Source: the human T2T-CHM13v2.0 reference genome, Homo sapiens. From it: a stretch of DNA of 64,000 nucleotides. Shown here piece after piece: positions 28,545-42,666 of the stretch. Below the pieces are notes generated by a model, which was given only the letters and a program-made list of their open reading frames with translations, was not told the DNA's origin and did not search any database. The stretch lies in assembly GCF_009914755.1 (NCBI RefSeq), contig NC_060930.1; one strand, given 5' to 3'. Positions within the stretch are counted from its first letter, which is position 1, and the number at the start of each line of letters is the position of its first letter. The translations under genes and the position numbers were made by a program.

Positions 28545-28919
28545 GCACCAGTTTGCTGTGGCTGCCATAATAAAGCCCCACAAGCTGGTGGCTTAAAACA
28601 GCAGTGACTCCCTCGCAGTCCTGGAGGCCAGAAGCCTGCAACCAAGGTGTGAGCAGGGCCAGGCTCCCTCAGATGCCTTTGTGGGAGGATCCTCCTTTGG
28701 TGGCAGCATCACTCCAGCCTCTTCTGTCTTCTGTCTATGGCTTTGTCTCTCCTCCTCTCATGAGGACACCAGTCATCTTAGATCAGGGCTCATCCTCGAG
28801 GCCTCATCTCAACTTCATTCCATCTATAAAGACCCTGTTCCGAGTCAGATCACATCCTCAGGCATCAGGGGTTAGGACACGAATGCATCTTGTTGGGTAA
28901 CACACTTCAACCCATCACA
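28545..28919 (-). mobile_element. MLT1C/D-type MaLR LTR
   Basis: ggctgccataa...ggtggcttaaaaca...aaagaccctgttcc...ttcaacccatcaca. Confidence 0.85.
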
Positions 28920-30331
28920 GGGGCACAACTGGTGGTGTGGGCAGTGTGGGCCCTCAGCTTTCATCCCTTCTCAGGCCAGGGCTGCTGCATATTTCTAGCT
29001 GCAGTTGTTTGGGATGGCAGAGGGGCTGCCTGACTCCCGTGTGCATTCTTCCCTGTCCCATTGTGGAAAAGCAGCTCTTTTCCTGCTGGCAAGGCCATGC
29101 CCTCACCAAGACGGTGGCTCCAATTCTCACGGCTCGTCCCTGGACACGAGCAGTACGCAGCAACAAGACAGGAGCCACCGCTGTGGCAGAGGGGCTTGGC
29201 CCTCCCATCCTGCAGATCCCAGAGCTGCGGAGGCGGGAGGTAGGATCTCCTTCAGTTGGTCAAGAGGAGTGATGTGAGGGGGTCCATGCCTGCTTTCACC
29301 CCTTGCTCGCTCCCCAACCCAGGTGTTCCCCCTACCCAGGACTCACTGGCATAAGGAGGGCTCTGATTGAGTGCACACACTATGTCCTTGCAGGCTGTTG
29401 TCTCCAAGCTGCTCTGTGACAGTGCCTGAAGCAGGCTGTTCCAGAGCTCTGGGGGGCCGCTGTCGCTGGGTAACGTGGGATGTAACATAACCAATGGATT
29501 CCATGGTCATGGGGCTGCCTTCCACCTCCGTAGCTGTAAGGAGAGCCCTCCGGTCAGGTGTAAGTCAGTGTCACTTGGCGCTGGGTGATGCTATGCCGAC
29601 AAGAAAGGCAAACCCGTGCCCACAGATCCTCATCAGCCAGCTCCTGCCTGAGGGTCCCGTGTGGCTCATCCGGGCTGCATCATTTCAAGACAAGTTTGGC
29701 TGTTATCAACTCAGCAGTCACAGCAGGTGTGAGGGCAGCTCCTCTGGGACCAGCACTCCTTGCTTTGCAGGGAGAGACCTCTGCAGTGAGTTCCCATGGG
29801 CAGCATGTCAGCTCTTGCTAGGGAGGGCAGCAAAGACTGCGAGCTTTGAGACTGCAGGGGTTCAGCAGAGCTCAGCTGCTCAGGGCCATTCACCCAGACG
29901 TCCCAATCCTATGTTTTAAGATTCTCTAGGTTTTCCCAACCAAGACATCCACCTTAGCATAACCCCTGACTTGACTGAGCACGTAAACATCTCTGGAGCT
30001 CTGCAACTCTAGCCTTCAAGCCCTGAGGTGTGTCTTCTGTTCCACTGCAGAAACTCTTAGCAAGCTACCCAAGAGGTCTCCTGGCTCTCACACGCATCCT
30101 CTAATTGCCCATCTGCAGGTCATCCTTACAGCTGAATAAAAGCCAGCCAACTCCACTGGGCCCTGCACGTCTTTCATACGTTGGTGTCATCACAAAAGCA
30201 AAGATCTTCCCTTCCCCAAGACAGTTCCTCAAGTCCCTGTCAGTGAGACACTCAGTCAGGGGTGCCACCAGGTGCCAGGCACTATGCATGCCCCCCACCT
30301 TCCACTCAGCATGTGGTCTTCCTTGTCAGGC

Positions 30332-30418
30332 ATGGGAGGCGGAGGTTGTGGTGAGCCACTGCACTCCAGCCTGGGCAACAAGAGCAAAACTCCGTCAAAA
30401 AAAAAAAAAAAAAAAAAA
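30332..30418 (+). mobile_element. Short Alu 3' fragment (Sp/Sq-like) with A tail
   Basis: gggaggcggaggttg...gggcaacaagagcaaaactccgtc followed by an A tract, with a small internal deletion. Confidence 0.85.
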
Positions 30419-30779
30419 GCCAGGGAAGGATCTGGAGTATGTGAAGTAAGTATCTCAGAAGAGACGATCTTCCCATGGTGCGGGGGATGGATTCCAGTCA
30501 GGCAGGCAGTTTAGAGGCAGTTACAGCCACTGGCGAGGGTCCTGCTGAGGAAATGGGAGGAGTGTGATGGCGGAAATAGAGAACAGTGAGAAAGGAACAG
30601 CTGTCCCAGATATTCCAAAGGAAAAAACGACAGAATTCAGTCACTGCATACTAAGGGAAAAGGTGAAAGATGAGTTTAAAATGACTGAGAATTTGCATAG
30701 GGTAAAGTTGGAAAATATGTTCCATTGATACAGAGTTGGCCTAAAATTGGCTTCATGACAAAAAACTGTGGGGGTTTGA

Positions 30780-31215
30780 ATTTGTTGGTTCATGTTTCTG
30801 AAAAGCCCGAGGGTGGATCAGGCACAGGTTGATTCAGGGACTGAAAAGTTCTTCTGGGCCCGCCCCTTTCCTCTGTTTGTGTTCTTGTGGGCTTTCTTCT
30901 GGCCCCAGGTGGAGGGTGACATGCTGCCACTACGTCCACCAGCCCCAGTGCTGACAACAACATAATAGGGCCTGTCCCCAGGAGCTCTCGTGGAAGCCCA
31001 GAGAGCCACTCAGACCGGACCAAGTGGGTCCACACGACGGCTGCTCCTGGGCCCATTATGTATTTAGGGAGCCCGCGGACCCCTTTGGATCACATGGGCA
31101 AGCCTGGAGGCTGGAACCCCCAACCGAACCCCATGGATTGAGGTGGAGGGAGGCACAGTTCCCCAAAGGAAAATCCGGATACTGTCTCAAGAAGGAAAGG
31201 TGATGGGTAGACAAA
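30780..31215 (-). mobile_element. MLT1J/K-like MaLR LTR
   Basis: tcaggcacaggttgattcaggg and ttccccaaaggaaaat motifs. Confidence 0.55.
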
Positions 31216-31265
31216 TGAAAAACAAAAACAAAAACAAAAACAAAAAAACAACACCAAAAAAAACA

Positions 31266-31401
31266 TGAACCCAGGAGGCGGAGGTTGCAGTGAGCCGAGA
31301 TCGTGCCATTGCACTCCAGCCTGGGCAATAAGAGCAAAACTCCATCTCAAAAAAACAAAAACAAAAACAAAACAAAACAAACAAAACAGAAACAAAAAAA
31401 A
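31266..31401 (+). mobile_element. Alu 3' fragment between (AAAAAC)n tracts
   Basis: tgaacccaggaggcggaggttgcagtgagccgagatc...ccatctc followed by an A/C-rich tail. Confidence 0.9.
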
Positions 31402-32099
31402 CCCCAGCCACCATAGGGAGGGAGAAAGTTGAGCTGATTATTAAGAAAAGAAAATGGTTCAAACGGAATGAACTGGGGTGTGGGTGAAGGCATCTTCCGC
31501 ATGTGGTTAACAACTGATGTGATCCTGGAGAAGCCACACTTTAAGTGGAAGTCCTGTGTTTCAGAATTTCAGCTGAAGCCCTAGAGCTGAAAACAACAGA
31601 CAATAAAAACTCCCACATTCTAAAGAGGGGAGCCTGTCACAAATGGAGCAGGGAAAGGAAGGTTCCATGAGCATCATCCTGAATACCCTCCCCAAGGAAA
31701 ATTGGACGTGTGGAGGGGGAATCTCAGCCAGGGAATCTGAAGGTGTGAGTGTGAGCTGAGCGTTTTCTCTCTTTTTTCCTATAAGGTATGGAGTCAGGAT
31801 GTTCTTTCTTTCCAATTCTGTCCAAGCTGAATGCAAGAGGGGAGGGTGGGAAGAGACAGCAAGAGAACATAACCATACAGTGTGGAAATGGCGTCAAGAA
31901 GAGACTGGTCTCTCACAACACACTGGAGAGCTTGCTCAACTACAGAATCCTTAGGCCCCTCTAGGGTCCCCCAGAGGAGGGGCAAAGTGGCAGAGTGCAT
32001 GTGCCAGTCTAAGGCAGTGCCCCAGAGAGGGGGATGCATGGAATTAGGCATTGGTTCCTCAGTCTCACCTCAAGAATGCTTAAGAGGGAGGCTGGCTCA

Positions 32100-32868
<769 letters not shown>

Positions 32869-33949
32869 CTAACGTTTAATGACTGGAAAGTAATGGCATC
32901 TGCCCCATCCAAGGACTAGGAGTGGGGATCCCACAGCTCATGTGTAGGAGAAGCACAAAGCCTTTTCTGGATAGTGTGCCAGTCAGTGAGTCCAGCCCGC
33001 TCAACACCCAGTCACCCTGCACCTGAGTGTGGGACATTCCTGTTACTCTGTGCCCATGAACAATCTCCAGACCCGCCTCAGAGTCCATGTCCTCTCCAGA
33101 GCCTGCCTTCGCCTTCCTCTTTGTCTCTTCTTTCCAACTCCTTGGCCTGAGCCATTGCTGCTGGTAGAAATAACATTGCCATTCCCTTCTTGAGGACTGT
33201 GTCTTCTGTGATTAGTGTCTAAGTTTTTCAAGGACTCTTGGCCTGGTGCATTTGTGTGTAACCACATGGAGAACATGGAGCTTGGACTATGGCTGATAAC
33301 ACTTTTGGGAAGGAGGTCAAGGACAGGATTAGAGGGCAGTAACCCAGGGCCCAGGAACTAGATGGGGCTCTCATCCATCAGATGCTGATGCTAGCAGGAA
33401 GAGCCCTGGGCAGCAGGAGACCGCGATCCATGCCTGCACGCTCAAGTCACCTCACCTGCTGGCCCCGGCTTTCATGGGGGCAGTTGTCTGGATTTTTCAG
33501 GAGCTGCTTTCTCAGACTGTTTGCAATCTGCTTTTTGATAGAATGGACACAAAACATATCGGAGACATGACATTCATTTTCTTTCAGGAGTTCAAGGTAA
33601 TGTTATATTCTCTAGGGGAAGAAGGTACAGTAATGAATGTCTCTTTCTGTTTGTCATCGATTATTTTGAGTTGATTTGACACAGCTGACACCTTCGAGTT
33701 TCCACTGAGGCCGTTTAACAATAGGGAGCTCAAGGACCTTGGGTATTCCAGGAAATGTGTCAGCGTGTTTTCTGCTCTCTTTCTACACAGGTCAAAAGTC
33801 CTTTTGAGACTTTTCGCTCCTTTCTTCTTCTTCTTCTTTTTGTCTTTCTTTTTGAGAGGCTAGACAGATTTTTGAAAGCTTCCTCTAAACTATGCAATTG
33901 GGTACATGTTCAAAAGCGAGACCTTATTTCTTGTGAGAACTTTGTTGCC

Positions 33950-35130
33950 CTCCCTCTCTTGTCATCCGTCAGAAGCGCAGAGCTTTTTCGGAAGCTTTGA
34001 CCGTGAAGGATCACAAATTTGTTTCTCAAAGGCCCCTCCGCTGGCTCCTCCGGCCTCACGAGTCCCGTTCCCCGTGTGCTTCTGTCCTTGCCCAGCAGAC
34101 ACCAGCCCCGCGCAGGCCAAACTGGCTCCGTTCCCCCTTTCATTCTTGTCCCTCTTTTCAATCTTTCTCTACTTTTTATGCAAAAAAAAAAAAAAAGTGT
34201 ACCAGGCCCGGCGTTGCCATGGCAGTCATGGGGCTGCGTGCGGGCCTTCAGTGGATTTGAGCTCTAAACTTGGAAAAAAGTCATAATGCCCTCAAAGAAG
34301 CTGGAAGGAGAGAAAGAAAGAGGAGAAAAATAAAACAGGGAAACAGCCTGAGAGGGAGAGATCAGGAGAAAGCAGGGCAAAGCCCCGAAAATACATTCGA
34401 GGTGACATCACTGCCTTTCCCACAGAGGCCATTGACTTGGGAGACCGCCCGGCCAGTGGCTGCCCTAAAGCCGGCTCTCCAGGGCCGCGGAGCCTTCGCT
34501 CCCTTCCTGAATGCCTTTTTTGTTGGGAAACAGTGGACTGTTTCTGAAGGCCTGCATAAATGACTGAGTAATTCACTGCAGTTGCCAGGAAGTCGGAGCC
34601 ACTTGTGAGCTAACAATAGTGAACTTTATCTCCCGCCCCATGCTGGAAGTTCCAGCTGTAGGTCCCGAATTCTAATAAGGGCTTTGCTCATGCCTCTGAG
34701 GTTATGGTAATATTTTATCCATCTTTCTTCATGAAGACACAGTCGCTGCTGCTATTGACAACCGGAGGCCAGCACTGAGGAGTGACGTGGGCAGGGGGCC
34801 AGGGGTGAGGGTGCCTGTGTCGGGGAAGATGGTGAAGAAAATTCAGAGGAAGGAGGAAAGAAAGCGGTGTTCCTATGAGCTCGACATGTTTTCTGTTTAA
34901 TAGGAGACTCTAAACTGACGTAGAGGAGAGAAGAGAAAGATTTCACTCTGACCCATAAGTGGCTGGAGCGGAAAGATGGCTTCGGACATTTCCCGTGTTT
35001 CAGACGCTGCTCCTCCTCCTCCTCCTCCTCCTCAGCAGACGAACCGGCAGCCGAGGCTGATCACGTGCTCAGAATTAGTGTGAGGCTATGAGGTTCCTCT
35101 TTGCTCCCCCGTTTGTGGGCAAAGCCGATG
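33950..35130. promoter_or_regulatory. CpG-enriched promoter/enhancer-like region
   Basis: Repeat-free with raised CpG. Contains X-box-like GTTGCCATGGCAGT (34213-34226), CAGGAAGT (ETS), CCCGCCCC (GC box), TGACGT (twice), AAGATGGC and TCACGTG. Confidence 0.5.
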
Positions 35131-35699
35131 TGTATTATTAAGTGATTCTGTATCCAGGTATCAGAGACCCCAATACCTTCTTTACATGATCGTTCTTAGC
35201 TAAGGGAAAACTAAGAATTTGCTCACTTCCTGCCTTGTGGGTTCTAAGGACACACCCCAACAAGTTCCTGTGAAGGGGGGCTGGGTCACTGACCCCCTGA
35301 GCAACCCCGGAAGGACAATTTCTAGGGCCTGGTTACAGAGATGACAGGTGGCTTAAGAAGTCACTGTGTGCCACGTGCTTTCATGATTATTGTTTCAGTT
35401 AATCTGCACGACAACCCTGAGAGATAGTCATATTTTTCCATTTTGGATGTACCCGGCTAGTGTTCATGGTGCCCTGTTGCCTCTGCAGCAGAGCGCCGCA
35501 TCCTCAGTTACTCAAGTCCCCGTTCAGGTTTCTCATGACCGTGGCTTCTTGTTGAGGGAGAAGTAGAAAAAAATGAGTAAAAAGGGATTGGGGAATCTCG
35601 TGGGTGTGGGGGAGGATGGCGCGGGCCTGATTCTCATCTGCCTGCACAGCCTTCCCACGAAAATAAACCAGTGAAACCACCTGTGAGCCACACGTGCAG

Positions 35700-36741
35700 T
35701 TCACAAGATGACAGAGGACACCACAATCTGCAAGATTACTTCAACACAGAGAAGGAGACCAAATTTCAGCTAAGCCCCTGTCACCACCACTGGGAGCTTC
35801 TGGGCAAGGGGTCCGCAAGGTTTATGTGACTTTGTGGAAAAAAAAACAAACAAAAACACAGGATGAGGGTGCCTTAGATGAGGCAAAGACCATCTGGCCT
35901 CAAAAAGAAAAATCCATTCCTGGATGCTGAAGGACTGGTGATGGATGGCTCAGGCCTTGGTAGTTCAGAGCAACAGCCACCTGGAAGGGACTTTGAACAT
36001 GAGTCAGGCAGGAAGAGGCAGCCCCAGAGGTGGGCTTCTCCTGGAGAAGATGCACAAAGAAGGAATGGAAACCACCAGGGACATGTCACGAAGGAGAAGG
36101 GAGGAACCGAGGGGGACCTACAGAGATGAGAGATGACAGCATAGCAGACCCAGCAAACCATCTCTTTCCCTCCATCATCACTACCACCATCCACCAAGGA
36201 AACCAAACCAAAGAAGACAGATGTACCAAAAAGTGCACTCTCATGTTAGAAATCACACCCATGAAATGAACAGGAAGAGAAAATGTGGACCACATTCACA
36301 GGAAACTGTAATAAGAAAATAGAAAATGTGAACCAACAGATAGAAGCTGTGAAAAAAAAATCAAGCATGAAACAGAAGAAAATTGTCACAGAAGTATCAA
36401 AACTGAATTAAATAGACACAAAAAAGAATTTGAAGATAAGGAAATACTTTAGATCGAAAATTTAAAAATAAAAATAGAGGCAGGAAACAGAACAAAAAAA
36501 TAAAACAAGAGTTAAGGAAATGCAAGGACAGAAAAGAGAGTAAAATGTTAGAATCTTAAAGGAAATGAAGGCTAAATTACCAAAGATGACCAAAGAAGAA
36601 TAGACTCAAATAAAAGCTTAATAAGGGTCATGGAAAAATTAAGAAACACAATCAAGAGGATAACATAAAGATATAAAGAAGATGGATAAAAAGAGTGAAA
36701 GAGAAAATGGTTGAAATGTTGGAGAAGAAAGATGCAACATT
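35700..36741 (+). mobile_element. Ancient L1M 5'/ORF1 remnant
   Basis: Very A-rich sense sequence continuing after the MLT2 into L1 ORF2-like sequence. Confidence 0.5.
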
Positions 36742-37122
36742 TGTGCTGGTTACTTTTATGTTTCAACTTGGTGAGGCTGTAGAAACCAGTCACTTAAACA
36801 CTAACCCAGGTTTTGCTGTGAAGGTGTTTTGTAGATGTAGGTTAACATCTATAATCAATTGACTTTAAAGTAAAGAAAGTAACTCTGGATAAGGTGGTGA
36901 GCCTCACCTAATCAGTTGAGGAAGTAAGAGAAAAACCTGAGGTTTCCCAGAAAAGAATAAATTGTGCCTCAAGTTTGCAGCATCAACTCTTGGTGAGTTC
37001 CCGGCAGTTGGTCTGCTTTGCACATTTTTCTCATGCCAGCGTCACAATCGTGCAATCTACTTCCTTCAAACAAATTTTCATGTATCCTATTGTTTATCTT
37101 TTCTCTGGAGAACCCTAATACA
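36742..37122 (+). mobile_element. MLT2 (B/D-like) solo LTR
   Basis: tgtgctggttacttttatgtttcaacttgg...tctctggagaaccctaataca. Confidence 0.85.
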
Positions 37123-37629
37123 ATATGTGTATGAGTGTGCATGTGTGTGTGTGTGTGTATGATTGAAATCTCTGAAGAAAAAAAAAACAACGTGGTAGAG
37201 CTAATATTTAAAATTATAATTCAAGAAATAAAAAAATAAAACACTGTATTAAAAAATCTGAGTTACATTTAAAGCAGCAATAATAGAAAATTTATGCCCT
37301 AGCATCCATGTCAATAAAAATAAAAGAATGAGAAAAAAGACTTGCAATCCTAAGTAAAAAAAAAGAAAGAAAACAACAAAGAAAAACAAAAGATTTAATA
37401 ATAATAATAGAGAAATGTGATAAAAACAGAAAAAGACTGCATTAAATAACTTTTGAAATAATAATGAACAAAAAACTCTAGGTAATTTAATAAAAAAAAG
37501 GGGGCAAAACTTTAAAAAATAAAATATAACAAGGAGTAAAATGACTATCCACTCAGGAAAAAAAAACCTTTAAAAATTTTAGACTACTTTTATGCCAATA
37601 CATTTATAAAGACTGATGAAGTGGGTAAT

Positions 37630-37672
37630 TTCTGCAGTCAAATGTTTTACCTCTGAGCTATACTGCAAGCTG
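37630..37672 (-). pseudogene. Tailless retropseudogene of the tRNA-Cys(GCA) 5' half
   Basis: Minus strand of 37631-37663 reads GTATAGCTCAGAGGTAAAACATTTGACTGCAGA, 30/33 to recalled tRNA-Cys GTATAGCTCAGTGGTAGAGCATTTGACTGCAGA. Perfect 13-bp TSD tgaagtgggtaat. No poly(A). Confidence 0.85.
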
Positions 37673-38934
37673 TGAAGTGGGTAATGTATTAATAAAATAT
37701 AGTTTACCAAAATTCACCTTAGTAAACTGAAAGCTTGATCAATTTCCATAGAAGACATAGAAAAATATATTAAGCACTGCTCTTTAATAAAACACCATAC
37801 CAAACAGTTTCAGAGGGGAGTGCTTCGACACCTTTAGAGACTCACTGGCCCCACTACATACCTTGTTTTAAAATATAGAAAATGAAGAGGAACTTTCCAG
37901 TTCCTTTTATGAAGAATGGATGACATTGATAGCTGAGCTTAATAAAAACAGCACAACAAAGGAAGTTAGAGATCAATTTCACTATTCATACTGATTTAAA
38001 ACTGCAAAATAATTCACCATGACCATGAGTAATTTTATATCAGAATTCAAAAACAGTTCAATATTAGGAAATCTTATTAGTATATTTTACCACACAATGA
38101 AATCTAAGGAGAAAAATGATATAACTATCTCCAGATATGCAAAAAATAGCCTTTGACAAAATTTAACTTCATTTATAATAGAATCTCTAGAAAAAAGTCA
38201 AAATGCAAATCCCTAATATGACAAAATGTATTATTTTCATAAAAGATTAAGAAAGAAAGAAATTATTAAGATTCTGAAATTAGGATTGAGATATGCACAT
38301 ATATATTCCTATATATACATATATTTTATGTAATATTTTTTATATATATCTCTCTCCCAATCCTAATTCCAGAATCATTCCAATTAGGAAACACTAGAAA
38401 TATTCCAGTTAAGGTTAGAAACAAGGCAAGGATTCCTATTATCATCATGTAACTAGATTACAGAATCGAAGGCAAAATAATTGGTGAAAATAAATAAACT
38501 ATCTTTTTCAAGTGACATGATAGTATACCTGGAGAATCCCAGAGAATTAATGATAAAACAAACTTAAGTGAAAACATTAAGCAATTAGCAGAATATAAAA
38601 TTAACATGCAATAATCAATAGCCTTTATATACATAAATAACCAACTAAAAGATAAATAATAAAGTCACAATTACAATAGTAATAAAGGATAAACTACATA
38701 GAAGTATAAAAGTATTACTTAAAACCTATCTCAGGAAAACCATAAAACATCCCAGAAAGCCCCAATAGGAGACGATGATGTTTCAGTATTATAAACATAA
38801 CAATCCTTCCCATGTTAATTTCCAAATATTATGCATTCTCAGTTACACACACACCCACACACTCACGAAGCGAAACAAGTTGATACTCAAGTTCACAAAA
38901 AAACCTTGAAAAGGAAGAGGTAGTGTGTGTTAAG

Positions 38935-39092
38935 ACTATAAGGTGGAAGGAGTGTGAGAATTGAGAAATTCCCTATTGGGTACCGTGGCTCATTACCTGG
39001 GTGCTGAAATAATCTGTACACTAAACATGCAATTTAACTCTGTAACACGCTTGTGCACATGCCCCCTGAGCCTAAAAGTTGGAAATTAAAAT
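38935..39092 (+). mobile_element. L1PB/PA-type 3'-end fragment
   Basis: cctattgggtac...ttacctgggtgctgaaataatctgtacac...gtaaca...cacatg.cccctga.cctaaaa. Confidence 0.75.
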
Positions 39093-39650
39093 AAGAGATA
39101 CTCTAAACCTTCTATAATTAAAGCAGCATGGACATATTTCCAAAAGGACGAGCAAATGGTGTAGAACAAATGGTGCGTATGAGTGTAATATGGAGGCACA
39201 TATCCAATCACTGGGGCAAAAATGGACTTTCACAGAAATAAAATAAGTGATATCAGAGTAACTGGACAGTTATTGAGAAAAGATGAAATTAGATTCATTT
39301 CTATCCTTCATGTAAGAAAGGATTTCTAACAATTCAAAATCCAGGTGTCATAAATGAAAAGATTGATGTTTGCTTACATTAAAACAAACTATTTGCATGG
39401 AAAAAAGCACCATATACTAGGTCAACAGGCAAATGACGAACTGGGAAAGAGCACAGATGAGGGCTATGTACCTATTATACAAAGAACTTGGGTATATTGG
39501 GGAAAAAGGACAAAAAGTCTTATAGAAAAGTGGAACAAGTCATTCATGAATAGAAAATCCACAGAATAGATATTAAAATGGCACTTCCATGTTAAAGAGG
39601 TTTAACTTCGCTCATAATAGGAGAAATGCAGCTTAAAACTGTACAGAAGG

Positions 39651-40064
<414 letters not shown>

Positions 40065-40082
40065 CTAGCGGGAATTTAAAAT

Positions 40083-40405
<323 letters not shown>

Positions 40406-40564
40406 TAAAAACAACTACATATGCATTTGTTCTTCAACCCAGAAATCACACTTCCAGAAATTTACTCTGAAAATATATTTCAGATAATACAAAAAGAAGG
40501 CATATGATTATTCACTGCAGCCATATTCACATTATAAAATTTAGCAACTACCTAAATGTCTATA

Positions 40565-41136
40565 CAGTACTCCCTTCTTATGGATGGTTTCATTGTCTGC
40601 ATTTTCAGTTATCCATGGTCAATAGTGATCCAAAGATATTAAATGGAAAATTCCAGAAATAATCCTTACGTTTTATTTGTGCTCCATTTTGAGTTGCTGA
40701 TGAAATCATGCACTCTCCTGCTTCGTCCTACCCGGCAGGTGAATTATCCCTTTGTCCAGCGTCTGCACACTGTTTAAGCTACCTGCTAGCCACTTAGTAG
40801 CCATCTCTATTATCAGACCGACTGTCGTGGTGTCTCAGTGCTTGTGTTCTAGTAACCCCTATTTTACTTAATAATGGTCCCAAAGCGCAAGAGTAGTGAT
40901 GCTTGCCAATTCAGACTAGAACGAATCTTCTATCCAGGAAATTGTTAATTGTTATAATTGTTCTGTTTTATAATTATTGTTAATCTCTTCTTGTGCTTAA
41001 TTTATAAACTAAAGTTTGTCATAGGTATGCATGTATAGGAAAAAACATAGTGTGTATATAATCGGGTACTATCCACGGTTTCAGGCATCCACTGGGAGTC
41101 TTGAAATGAATCCCCTGAGGATAAGGGGAGGTACCG
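40565..41136. mobile_element. MER44/Tigger7-type DNA transposon
   Basis: TA-flanked TIRs (cagtactcccttctta... / ...ataaggggaggtaccg) and internal gatattaaatggaaaattccagaaataa. Confidence 0.8.
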
Positions 41137-42631
41137 TACATAAGAGATGGATTTTATAAACTATGCTATATCTACACAATGGAGTGATGTGAACTGGGAA
41201 AAAATGATAGACCTCTAAGAATGGAGAAGGGATTATTTCCTTTTGTTTTGTTAGTGAAAACACAAAGTGTAAGAAAGAAGAGATAATAAGTGACATCAAT
41301 CTGATGATCTGTGCGAGCATTAAAATGTCACGGGTAAGCCGGAGAACAATGAAGTTTGTTACCTATATTGAGAGGGACAAGTAGGGCTGAAGAGATACAG
41401 GAAGAGACTACCTTTTTGTATAGTTGAGATTTGAAGGTATGTTAATATTCTTCGTATTCAAAAAATTAAAATGGAAACAAGAATAATGAGGAAATAGAAT
41501 TGAAACGGAAGCAAATTAATGCAACTGCTTTTAAGACGAATAACACAATGGTTGGGGAGAAGATAGTCAAGTAACTTATGAATAAAATGTTGACTATATA
41601 CCTAAACTCTTTTCAATAGTTTACTTTTTGTGGTGGTATAGGCAAATCAATTCTAAAACTGTTTTAGATCTATTATGGGATTGACCAAATAAGTAATTGG
41701 ATTGATGTTAAACCATGCTTGTTACAGTGAAAAAATCAATAATATGTTTATTCTGTAATATTATGTATGATATGAAGAAAGTATATATTATCTATCTATC
41801 TATATCTATCTATTGATCTATCACCTACTGTATGATGGCCTTGCTACCAAAGAATCCAGCAGAAGTATTAATTCATTATAGTCTACATCTTAGGAGCAGA
41901 GCAGCTCTGTAGAACTCTACCTGCTGCCTTGAGAAGTACATTGATTTCATCAATTTTACTGATGCTGATTCACTTTTGAATTGAAAGGCTTGATTTGCTG
42001 ATATGTTTTTAGAATCTTAGACTTTTAGAGATGAAATTTCTTGTTCACTCTTTTCTAAAATGTTGGGAAGGATTATCTGTTCCTGAAAATTTAATAGTAA
42101 CCAAAGCTTTATGTCTCCATCTACCTGGAATGTCATTGCAGTGTAAAAAAAAAAGACAACCAAGTGTCTCTTTTCAGGATCACTTATGATCCTGAACAGT
42201 GGAGAAGTTTCAACCAAGACAAACACCTTCTTTACATTTGGTGCAAGGCTACAACTCTAGAGCAGGACAAAAGACAGAATTAACATGACCATGCTTTAAG
42301 AGACATACTTTCAGGATAACTGCAAACTAATCAAGAAGTGATTCTTTAACAGTTAAATCAACTTCAGAAATCCAGGTGAATGAGGAACTGTGAATACATA
42401 GCTCTCCACACTCCCTATTGAATTTCAGTGAAGACGGCCAATGTGTGAAACTAAAGAAGGGTTAAACTTTGAAATCCCTTCAGATTGAAGTAGTAACTGA
42501 TTCATTTCCCTCTCATAAAAATAGAAAGACCAGTGAATAATGACCACACCAAGGGGGAATCCTTTTTCTTTTTCCCTCATCACTTATCTTTCAATGCCCA
42601 CTCTAGCCCATCACATTTTGAGGCTTTTACT

Positions 42632-42632
<1 letters not shown>

Positions 42633-42663
<31 letters not shown>
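42633..42663. repeat. (GT)n microsatellite
   Basis: About 15 perfect GT units. Confidence 0.95.

Positions 42664-42666
<3 letters not shown>

Noticed and set aside
28058-29919. Cluster of 60-141 aa ORFs
   Set aside because: GC-rich and LTR-derived sequence giving overlapping ORFs on both strands, with no recognisable protein and no coherent exon structure.
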